Source: a virus (lineage: Duplodnaviria; Caudoviricetes). Taken from it: a stretch of 64,000 bases of DNA. Every line of letters begins with the position of its first letter. Within the stretch, counting starts at the first letter, position 1. The position numbers and the translations under genes are program-made. The stretch spans positions 1-64,000 of the IMG/VR virus record IMGVR_UViG_3300028832_000131; one strand, written 5' to 3'. Shown one piece after another: positions 29,799 through 37,683 of the stretch. The notes under the pieces are model-generated. The model saw nothing but the letters and a program-made list of their open reading frames with translations, was not told the origin of the DNA and searched no databases.

Positions 29799-30152
29799 TT
29801 AAATCCAGTATTTCATTTCTTGTAAATCTTCTTTACATGGTGTAAATATTAAGTCGTTAAAATAATCGTTGTATAAATCTTTTATTTCTTGCGGTGTTTT
29901 ATCTTTTAAAATCATGCTTTTAATGTTTTTTACTTGCTCAATCATTTTAAAAATTAAATCTCTTCTTTTTATTGTGTCCCCGTTTTTCTCGTTTTCTTTT
30001 TGTTGCTCCTCATAATAATTAATTGCATTATATAAAGCCAATAAATCATCATTTTTATTAATTAGTTGCTTTCTTGTCTCCTTGTCCGTTTTTTTATTGT
30101 CTATCTTTTTTTGATTCTTTATAAATTGCTTTTCTATTTCTTTTTTAGTCAT
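29799..30152 (-). CDS. Early hypothetical protein
   Basis: 117 aa with SD. Confidence 0.65.
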   Translation of the reverse strand: MTKKEIEKQFIKNQKKIDNKKTDKETRKQLINKNDDLLALYNAINYYEEQQKENEKNGDTIKRRDLIFKMIEQVKNIKSMILKDKTPQEIKDLYNDYFNDLIFTPCKEDLQEMKYWI

Positions 30153-30266
30153 AATATTTTTTTACTCCTTTACATTTTTATTTTATTATGTTATAATGTA
30201 AAAAGTCGGTTGTAATATATCTTATAATCGGCGGTTGTTATGGAAGACCCCGCAAGTCGTCAATTT

Positions 30267-30443
30267 TTAGCGGTCGTCTTCTTTTTTTATGCTCTTTAAT
30301 AACTGATATAATATAATGTAATATAGTGTTATATCTAACATGGATATATTATTATAAGTCATGTTATATAATAATAATAGTAATATAATCATGTATAATA
30401 ATATTTTATATGCCGTCTTTAGTTTATATCTTTTTTTAGTCAT
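30267..30443 (-). CDS. 58 aa two-TM protein, first gene of the early operon (not in ORF track)
   Basis: SD AAAGGAGG; MTKKRYKLKTAYKILLYMIILLLLLYNMTYNNISMLDITLYYIILYQLLKSIKKEDDR. Confidence 0.7.
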   Translation of the reverse strand: MTKKRYKLKTAYKILLYMIILLLLLYNMTYNNISMLDITLYYIILYQLLKSIKKEDDR

Positions 30444-30531
30444 GATTCTTTTTTTCTACCTCCTTTATTGAATCCCCTGTTATTGAATCCGCTCTAATAA
30501 AGATATATCACTTTTAACTTTTTACAATTAT

Positions 30532-30560
30532 ATTGTATCATAATAATATAATATTGTCAA
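30532..30560 (-). promoter_or_regulatory. Strong sigma-A early promoter
   Basis: Minus strand TTGACA-17-TACAAT with extended TG. Confidence 0.8.
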
Positions 30561-31227
30561 TAGTTTTTTAATAAAAAAATATTATTTTTTTTCTTTATTT
30601 GTCAATGTCTTTTTGTATCATATATTATTTTTAAATATAATCTTTTTTTGTATCCGTTTATTAATCCATATATATCGGCTTTTAGAATCTATTTTAATTA
30701 CTTTTTTAGAATCCTTATTCTTTAATACCTGTTATTTGTCTTTAGGTTGTATCGGCTTTTAGTTGTCTATAGTTTATCATGTTATTATGTCTTGTTTTCT
30801 TGGTGTTGTGTGTTGTGTTGTGCCTGTGTTTTTGGTGGAAGGTTAAAAAAGTTTTTGCTTGTCTATAAATCAAAAAATATAATGATGCTTTTATAATATA
30901 TTATTTTATTTTTATAAAAAAATTAATCTATAAATTGATAATAAAATATTGTTGTTTTTGTGTTGTCTTTTCTTGTTTTCTTGTATTGTAAACGGTCGTC
31001 AGTAATACCCCGTCCCCTATATAGAGAGCGACACCCCCCTATATTTTACCCCCTCAAACATACCAAAAATAACAAAAGAGTCGAGTGGCATTATACTCAA
31101 ACATACAAAAAAATCAAAAGACTTCATTCGCATTTTACTCAACCCACTCAAGGGTATCGCATAATCAAAAGAGCCTGTTTACGGACGGGAAGTACTGGAA
31201 ACTCCAATAAAGTTACACTTTTTTTTC

Positions 31228-31266
31228 GAAATGAGAGTGAAATGAGAGTAAATGATATGATATAGT
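31228..31266 (+). promoter_or_regulatory. Putative late promoter P-L2
   Basis: GAAATGAGAGT x2, then N10-TATAGT. Confidence 0.65.
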
Positions 31267-31270
31267 GAAG

Positions 31271-31505
31271 ACGGAATGAATAGAACCTAGAGCAGAAAAG
31301 TTCCATCACCTCCTCTTAACGTGTGTGGTAATGCTCGACATTCATTCCTCCTTTCTAGTCACAAGTTGACGATTACTAGGGTGCTTAGGCACAAGAGATA
31401 CCGAGGGTTTTGTCGTAGTGTCCTGTAGAAGTGCGTTTGAGATTTTTTAACTTTCTACAAATCGGTATCTCCGATACCTAGTAATACTGAAGGAATACTA
31501 GAAAT
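31271..31505 (+). ncRNA. Putative structured ncRNA with anti-SD loop
   Basis: Stems 31273-81/31340-48, 31372-80/31477-85 and 31395-404/31462-71; loop CAUCACCUCCUCUU. Confidence 0.55.
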
Positions 31506-31656
31506 TAGATAGAAGATATATTTTTAATAAAAAGTAGTTAAGAATGTTGATATATATAGATAAAAGTGGGGTAGCGAAATGTATCGAAGTTGATATATAG
31601 TTTTAATGAAAAACCGAGAACGTGCTATCAAGAATGATACTAATTAAGGTGGTTTT

Positions 31657-32169
31657 ATGGATAAATCGGGTTATATTGTCGATAGTGACGGTGTAATAGT
31701 TCGTAATGTAGGCAATATAGATAATTTATTTGAGGTTGAGGCGGGAGATAGAATACTTCGCAAGAAGAACTTAGAAGGAGTAGATAAGTTAGTCGAGATT
31801 AAGATGCGATTTGCGAAGGTCAATTATGTAGTGTTTGGAGATATAATTGATAAATACCCCGTGTTTGCTAAAATGATTAAATTAATTGGATATTATAGTG
31901 GTCGGTTAATGTATAAAAATGGTGTTAGTGTTAATCGAAGAAACTTATCTAAGGCTTGTGGTGTTTCTAATGCTACTATTAATCGTCAATTAAGAGGTTT
32001 AATTAATGATGACGTTATTAAGGTTGTGAGAGAGGGTCGTGAGGCTGCTTATTTCGTCAATCCTTATGTCGTTCATTTAGGAAAAAAAGTTAATTTATCT
32101 TTATATGAGTTGTTTAAAGATACGATTTATCGAGAAAATTACGAGAAGACGTTGAGGAGTGATAAATAA
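31657..32169 (+). CDS. RepL-like HTH protein
   Basis: LSKACGVSNATINRQLRGL...YFVNPY motif. Confidence 0.6.
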   Translation: MDKSGYIVDSDGVIVRNVGNIDNLFEVEAGDRILRKKNLEGVDKLVEIKMRFAKVNYVVFGDIIDKYPVFAKMIKLIGYYSGRLMYKNGVSVNRRNLSKACGVSNATINRQLRGLINDDVIKVVREGREAAYFVNPYVVHLGKKVNLSLYELFKDTIYRENYEKTLRSDK

Positions 32170-32414
32170 TGCCTACTATAAGTGAAATGAGGGCTATAGA
32201 TTTAGTTCATCCTAATTACCTATATCGTCTTTATAAAGATTACAAGTATTTATATGATTTTTGGGAGAACAATCGAAACACCCGAAGAGTTTCTGATGAA
32301 GATATGCGAAATAGAATTAAGTATATTTTAAAGAATAATGTTAAACAGAGGGATGAGATTGCGACTTTATGTTGGATTTTAGGAGAGGAAGATGCGAGAA
32401 GGATTAACTATTAA
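32169..32414 (+). CDS. Hypothetical protein
   Basis: Coupled ORF. Confidence 0.6.
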   Translation: MPTISEMRAIDLVHPNYLYRLYKDYKYLYDFWENNRNTRRVSDEDMRNRIKYILKNNVKQRDEIATLCWILGEEDARRINY

Positions 32415-32613
32415 ACAAAGAATTACTTTAGAGTGCATAGATAATTACATTAACGAACACGGATATAGCCCTACTTATCAGGAATTAGCCGCTGAATTAA
32501 GTTGTGACATTAATACTGCTTATAAGAAGGTTGTTATTTTAACCGATAAAGGCTATGTTACTTCGGTTAATGGGAAATCGAGAACTTTGAAGGTGATTAA
32601 GAGATATGATTAA
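32392..32613 (+). CDS. LexA-like DNA-binding domain protein (no peptidase domain)
   Basis: HGYSPTYQELAAEL...KGYV...GKSRTL. Confidence 0.75.
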   Translation: MREGLTIKQRITLECIDNYINEHGYSPTYQELAAELSCDINTAYKKVVILTDKGYVTSVNGKSRTLKVIKRYD

Positions 32614-32902
32614 TGTTTCTGATTATATTAAGTTAATTTTAGAGAAGAAAGGCTGGACGAGAGTGAGACTTTGTGAGGAAATTAATAAGATTGAGGCGAA
32701 GTTGGGTGAATCTCGTACTACGAAAAATGTTTTAAGTTATTATTTAAACGGTGACTTTGCTTTTAGACCTAAGATACTTGCGAAGTGGGAGAAGGCTTTA
32801 GGTTTAAAGGAGGGAACTTTAGTTAATATGGTTTTACCTCCGATAACTAAGGAGGGAAAAGACGAGTTAAGAGAGACGATTGAGAGACTTAGAAAAGTAT
32901 GA
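32606..32902 (+). CDS. XRE-type HTH protein
   Basis: KGWTRVRLC...KWEKALGL. Confidence 0.6.
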   Translation: MINVSDYIKLILEKKGWTRVRLCEEINKIEAKLGESRTTKNVLSYYLNGDFAFRPKILAKWEKALGLKEGTLVNMVLPPITKEGKDELRETIERLRKV

Positions 32903-33348
32903 TGGGAGGAAATATGGGAAAGATATTATTAGTAAGTCAAAGTGAGAACGATACTTGGTTCGTAAATGGTATTTCTATTGGTGTTAGACAACCTAGAAAC
33001 ATTTGGGGAGATAAGATTAAGGAAGTATTAAAGGAGAAACACATAGACGAAGATACTTTTATTAGCACTATGGGAACAAGTTATAGAGAGAACATTGAGA
33101 GAGTTTTAAAAAACGAGGAAATACCTAAAAAACAATTATTAGATAAAATACTTAAATATTTAGAGAAGGAAATTGATTACTTCCAAGATAAACAATTAAA
33201 GAACGTAATTGTTAATGACTCTCGAATGGTGGTAGGGGAGTATGAAACTGATGCTCGTGCTATGGACGTAAAAAAAGAACTTGACGAGATAATTTTAAGT
33301 AGTTTTCAAAACGGTAAACCTATAATTATAAAATTACCTAAGGAGTAG
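32899..33348 (+). CDS. Protein with an internal XRE-like HTH
   Basis: KIKEVLKEK...IERVLKNEEIP...ILKYL. Confidence 0.5.
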   Translation: MMGGNMGKILLVSQSENDTWFVNGISIGVRQPRNIWGDKIKEVLKEKHIDEDTFISTMGTSYRENIERVLKNEEIPKKQLLDKILKYLEKEIDYFQDKQLKNVIVNDSRMVVGEYETDARAMDVKKELDEIILSSFQNGKPIIIKLPKE

Positions 33349-33350
33349 TT

Positions 33351-33614
33351 ATGCTAAAAGTAATTGATAATTATGACTTAAAATATTTATCGAGATATGG
33401 TTTTAAAAGATATAATTATTTACCGTTATATGTAAAAACAATTTATTATGATAAAAATAAACTTTATGTATGGGTTGAATATGAAATAGACACTAAAACA
33501 CGAAAAATAGAGTTTAAAACTGTAAACATTGGGGAACAACCTCAAAAGTTTCCTGTAGATAATACGTTGTTTGATATGATGCAAGATAAAATATTAGAAA
33601 AAGTAGAGGAGTAG
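33351..33614 (+). CDS. Hypothetical protein
   Basis: ORF with SD. Confidence 0.6.
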   Translation: MLKVIDNYDLKYLSRYGFKRYNYLPLYVKTIYYDKNKLYVWVEYEIDTKTRKIEFKTVNIGEQPQKFPVDNTLFDMMQDKILEKVEE

Positions 33615-33617
33615 TGT

Positions 33618-35357
33618 ATGTTAAAGGTAGGGGACAAGATAGAATTAAAACCTAAACAAAATACTCTAAAAGATACGTTTTTAGGCGTTTGTGAGGCTCT
33701 TCGAAGTGATAGATTGTCCGAGGAAGAGAAACTCGAATGGTCTGAGACCGCCTTAAATGTGCTAGAAATGTGGTATAATCAGGAAGATATGGAGTCAATA
33801 GGGGTAGCAAAGAAAAAATTGATTCCTGCCTTATATAATTTAATTAATAAAGGGAGCATAAATAATATGGCTCTCTTTTTTGATTATTATAGACGAGTAT
33901 ACAGCATTTGTGCGAGACGAGATTTTGAGTGTTTTGTAGATTACATAGAATGGGAGCAGCCTAGGAAGGTTTTGGCTAATAGACGAGAGGTATTAAAACC
34001 TTATATTGATGCTTTACAAGAATTAGCCTTTAATCCAAGACTTCATTATGTAATTGTATGCTACCCACCAAGTTTAGGAAAGAGTTATATTGCGACTTTA
34101 TGGGAGGCTTGGGCTTTCGGTATGAGTATAGATAACTCGATTATTCGTATGAGTTATTCTGATGAGTTAGTATTAGGTTTCTCGAGAACGGTTAAAGGAA
34201 TCTTATGTAGTCCTGCTTTTTGTGAGATATTTACTAATTATCAAAGATATGGTGGCAAACCATTTGAAGTTGAAAGAGAGTCGGATTGGAAGATTAAAAA
34301 TGCTAATGTTCCTAAATCTAACTTAATTTCGAGAACGAGAAGTGGTGCTACTACTGGTGAACGTGCGAACTTTGCTATTATCTTTGATGATATGACTAAA
34401 GGAGCAGAAGAGGCTAATAGTGATAGTGTTCACCGTGGTGTTTATGATAAATGGAACACCGAATGGTGGAATAGACGTGACGGAGAACGATGCAAGTTCT
34501 TATTTGTAGGAACACAATGGACTCCTGAAGATATACTTAACCGAATAATTGAAGATAGAAACAAGATAAGTCCTCTTAGAGAGACGGATAATCCTTATGT
34601 GATGAGAAACGAGGACACTATTGTTATAAGAGTACCTTTGTTTGATGCAGAAGGAAAAACTACGTGTTCTGAGGTTTATCCTCAGGAAATAGCCGAGCAA
34701 ATAAGAGATACTACTGACCCGTTCTTGTTTAGTTGTGTTTACCAACAAGACCCTATCGCTCCTACTGGACGAGAGTTGGCTTGGGAGAACTTATCTACTT
34801 ATATTGAGCCTCCTGAGAACTTAGAACCTTACTGTATGGCGGTAATGGATACTAAAAGAAGGGGAAAAGACAACTTAAACATGTTTATTTGCAAACCTGA
34901 TGGCTGTGGTAAGCATTTTTTGTGGGATTGTATATTTAGTAAGAAACCCATGGAAGAGTTATATAACGACATAATAAATAAAGTAATTGACAATAATATT
35001 ACGACTTTAGTAATAGAAAATAATATAGACGTTTCATTAAAACCTTTATTAGAAGGAAAACTTAGTGAACGTGGTTGGTATACTTGCAAAATTGTTGAAT
35101 TATACAACACCAAAAAGAAGGAAGAACGTATAAAAAACAATTTAGGTGGAATCCAAAAAAATATTATCTTTAAAGACAAGTCTATTGTTAAAGCAAATAC
35201 TGATATTGGTAGATTAATGGATAATATAACGAAGTATTCTTTTGATTATCCTAACAAGTTTGATGACGGGCCAGATGGTGCTGCTATGTATAACTCCGAA
35301 ATCGTTGTTGGGCGAAGTATTTTACAAAAACCGAAGGCTGTGCAAAGAATATTTTAA
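33618..35357 (+). CDS. terL: Terminase large subunit
   Basis: PPSLGKS Walker A, IIFDD Walker B, GTQW, YQQDP, FDDGPD nuclease motif. Confidence 0.95.
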   Translation: MLKVGDKIELKPKQNTLKDTFLGVCEALRSDRLSEEEKLEWSETALNVLEMWYNQEDMESIGVAKKKLIPALYNLINKGSINNMALFFDYYRRVYSICARRDFECFVDYIEWEQPRKVLANRREVLKPYIDALQELAFNPRLHYVIVCYPPSLGKSYIATLWEAWAFGMSIDNSIIRMSYSDELVLGFSRTVKGILCSPAFCEIFTNYQRYGGKPFEVERESDWKIKNANVPKSNLISRTRSGATTGERANFAIIFDDMTKGAEEANSDSVHRGVYDKWNTEWWNRRDGERCKFLFVGTQWTPEDILNRIIEDRNKISPLRETDNPYVMRNEDTIVIRVPLFDAEGKTTCSEVYPQEIAEQIRDTTDPFLFSCVYQQDPIAPTGRELAWENLSTYIEPPENLEPYCMAVMDTKRRGKDNLNMFICKPDGCGKHFLWDCIFSKKPMEELYNDIINKVIDNNITTLVIENNIDVSLKPLLEGKLSERGWYTCKIVELYNTKKKEERIKNNLGGIQKNIIFKDKSIVKANTDIGRLMDNITKYSFDYPNKFDDGPDGAAMYNSEIVVGRSILQKPKAVQRIF

Positions 35358-35429
35358 TAAAAAGGTAAAAAGTCATTGGATTTTTAGACCTAAAAAATAG
35401 AATATTTTTTAAATCCGTGGTAGATAAGA

Positions 35430-35510
35430 AGTGAGCAAACGTGATTTCCCTTTGCAGTTTGCTTAGTGCTACACGGGAGCATAACCGTATTTATATAGTT
35501 ATGTTCCCAA
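35430..35510 (+). ncRNA. Two-hairpin RNA (portal leader or sRNA) antisense to late-gene upstream motifs
   Basis: Stem 35433-40/35457-64 with loop AUUUCCCUUUG, linker AGUGCUACAC, stem 35475-85/35498-508. Confidence 0.65.
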
Positions 35511-35539
35511 TTCTATTAGGGGACGGAATGGGTGATAGT

Positions 35540-37141
35540 ATGGACGAAAACAATGTTGAAAATGTTAATCAAAATGTTGAAAATAACAATGAAACTCCTG
35601 TTTCTACTCCAAGTAGACCAACAGACAGGGTACAAAATCCTGTAATGATTGCTCCTGCCGAATTAAGATTATATGGTAGAAAAGTAATTTATGCGGATTT
35701 TCATGCTGACGAAATGAATACTGAGACGATTAAGAAGATTTTAAATGACGTTTTTAATATTCATGTTCAAAATGCAAGTGAAATTGATTATTTAGAAAAG
35801 TATTATAGAGGTTATCAACCTATTATTGGTAAGAAAAAAGAAGTAAGACCTACCATTAATAACACGGTTGTAGAAAATAATGCGTATTTCGTAACAGAGT
35901 TTAAGAAAAGTTATGTATTTGGTGAGCCTATTCAGTACGTTCAACGTGGAGACGTTGCTAACGAAGAGGTTTCAACCTTAAATAGTTATATGTTAGCCAA
36001 AGACAAGTATCCTAAAGATACTGAATTGGCTGAAAGTATATATGTATCAGGAATAGGACACAGAATAGTACTTCCTAGTTCTGATTATGATAGTCCGTTC
36101 GATATTGAAAACTTAGATAGTAAAAATACGTTTGTAGTATATTCTAGTTTCTTACCTCACGAAAGATTGTTTGCTTTCACTTATACAATAGGTGTTAAAG
36201 ATAGCAATTTAAGAGGTAGTATATATACTAAAAACGCTTATTACGAAGTTAATAAGGATTCAGTAAGTTCGGAGTTTAATGTAGTGTTTAAACAAAATCA
36301 TATATTAGGTGATATACCGATATTTGAATATTGTTTAAATAAATCTAGGTTAGGTATTATTGAAGTAATTATGGATTTGTTAAATCAAATAAACCGAATT
36401 ACTTCTGATGAAATTGATGGATTAGAGCAATTTATTCAAAGTATCTTAGTATTTGTAAACCAAGATATAGATGCTGAGGATTATGCTAGTTTACTTGATT
36501 TAGGTGCTGTAAAAATTGCTACTAGCGACCCATCAAGACCTGCTGACTTAAAGTTGCTATCTAATAACATAGACCATGGTAATACTAAGATATTACATGA
36601 TAGGTTATTAAATACTGCTTTACAAATAATTGGTATTCCTAAAAGTAACGAAAGAACGTCTGGTGGAGATACTGGTCAAGCCCGTATGTTATCAGAAGGT
36701 TGGACTATGGCGGATGAACGTGCTAAACAAGACGAAATGCAGTTTAAACGCTGTGCTAAACCAGAGTTAGAGTTAATTTTAAGAATATGTACTTTATCAC
36801 CTTGGAGTGATATTAATTCATTAACTTTGAAACAAGTTGAACAAAAGTTTACTCGTAATAAGAGTGATAACTTCCTAGTTAAGTCTCAAGGATTGATGAA
36901 TCAAATTAATAGTGGAGTTTCACCTGACGTTGCTATGGCTACTACAGGCTTATATAGTGACACTAACGAGGCTTATAACAAATCAATGGCTTTCTATGGA
37001 GGAGTTGATAATTGGATTAAGTTATTTGTAGGTGAGGCTAACAAACAACTTAGGGAAAAGAAGAATGATGAACAGTCTTCTTTAGATAGTGGAGACAACC
37101 CTCCTAAAGAAGGAGAGGAAACTTCAAATGGGGATGAATAA
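35540..37141 (+). CDS. Portal protein, SPP1 gp6-like (start moved from 35441 to ATG 35540)
   Basis: Position after terL; YYRGYQ, FGEPIQY, SGGDTGQA patterns; SD GGGTGA before 35540. Confidence 0.9.
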   Translation: MDENNVENVNQNVENNNETPVSTPSRPTDRVQNPVMIAPAELRLYGRKVIYADFHADEMNTETIKKILNDVFNIHVQNASEIDYLEKYYRGYQPIIGKKKEVRPTINNTVVENNAYFVTEFKKSYVFGEPIQYVQRGDVANEEVSTLNSYMLAKDKYPKDTELAESIYVSGIGHRIVLPSSDYDSPFDIENLDSKNTFVVYSSFLPHERLFAFTYTIGVKDSNLRGSIYTKNAYYEVNKDSVSSEFNVVFKQNHILGDIPIFEYCLNKSRLGIIEVIMDLLNQINRITSDEIDGLEQFIQSILVFVNQDIDAEDYASLLDLGAVKIATSDPSRPADLKLLSNNIDHGNTKILHDRLLNTALQIIGIPKSNERTSGGDTGQARMLSEGWTMADERAKQDEMQFKRCAKPELELILRICTLSPWSDINSLTLKQVEQKFTRNKSDNFLVKSQGLMNQINSGVSPDVAMATTGLYSDTNEAYNKSMAFYGGVDNWIKLFVGEANKQLREKKNDEQSSLDSGDNPPKEGEETSNGDE

Positions 37142-37283
37142 CTCCCCCCATATCGGGAGTGAAAGGTAAATACTTTTACTCCTGTCCAATAAACAAAGAA
37201 AAACAGACTAATATCAACTTTTTCTTTCCTTATGTGTCGCCTTTATAGGTGGCACACAGTAGATATGAATAATAATGGTGAGA

Positions 37284-37357
37284 TTGACAATGCAAACTGC
37301 TACTGCATACCGTATTTTTGTTTGGTGGTAGCGATAACCAGCAAAGAGTAAAGTCAA
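37284..37357 (+). ncRNA. Compact three-way-junction RNA with kissing loops
   Basis: P1 TTGAC/GTCAA, two hairpins whose loops GCTAC and GTAGC are complementary. Confidence 0.5.
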
Positions 37358-37481
37358 CGTAGTTATATCTATTGTGTGGTGCTTATAAAAGCACTAGAAC
37401 TTCTTCTTGTTCTGTTTAGGTAAAAGTCATTAATACGCTATCTATTTTTATAGGTAGCATAGAGTAGATATATAAATAAAT

Positions 37482-37557
37482 GGGTTTATCGTTTAACAGG
37501 AAAGGATTATGGTCTCCAAAACCATTGATTAGGGTTCGAATCCCTATGAATCTGCCA
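37482..37557 (+). tRNA. trnW: tRNA-Trp (CCA)
   Basis: 76 nt cloverleaf, anticodon loop CTCCAAA, T arm TAGGG-TTCGAAT-CCCTA, G73, encoded CCA end. Confidence 0.9.
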
Positions 37558-37683
37558 ATATATCTATTCTATGGTGCTTATAAAAGCATTAAATCTGCTC
37601 ATCATAGAGAGCATAAAATCTATGACACTCTAATAAGTTGGAACGAGGCAACTATAAAAGCGTAAGAGTGGGAGGAAAAATTA

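Noticed and set aside
21455-30840. Invertible segment bounded by inverted repeats
   Set aside because: Only weak CACACAA/CACCA-type similarity between the ends; not a convincing IR pair
30960-31265. 101 aa plus-strand ORF
   Set aside because: No SD, low-complexity intergenic DNA, overlaps the late promoter
35441-35539. 33-codon N-terminal extension of the portal ORF in the ORF track
   Set aside because: No SD before 35441, the region folds as RNA, and a proper SD precedes ATG 35540
37482-37557. Stop-codon recoding suggested by the phage tRNA
   Set aside because: Anticodon is CCA (ordinary Trp), and long genes are intact in the standard code with TAA, TAG and TGA all used as stops
37558-37625. 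tRNA-associated theta (HDV-like) ribozyme
   Set aside because: The sequence after CCA is the AT-rich flank repeat; no nested double pseudoknot could be drawn
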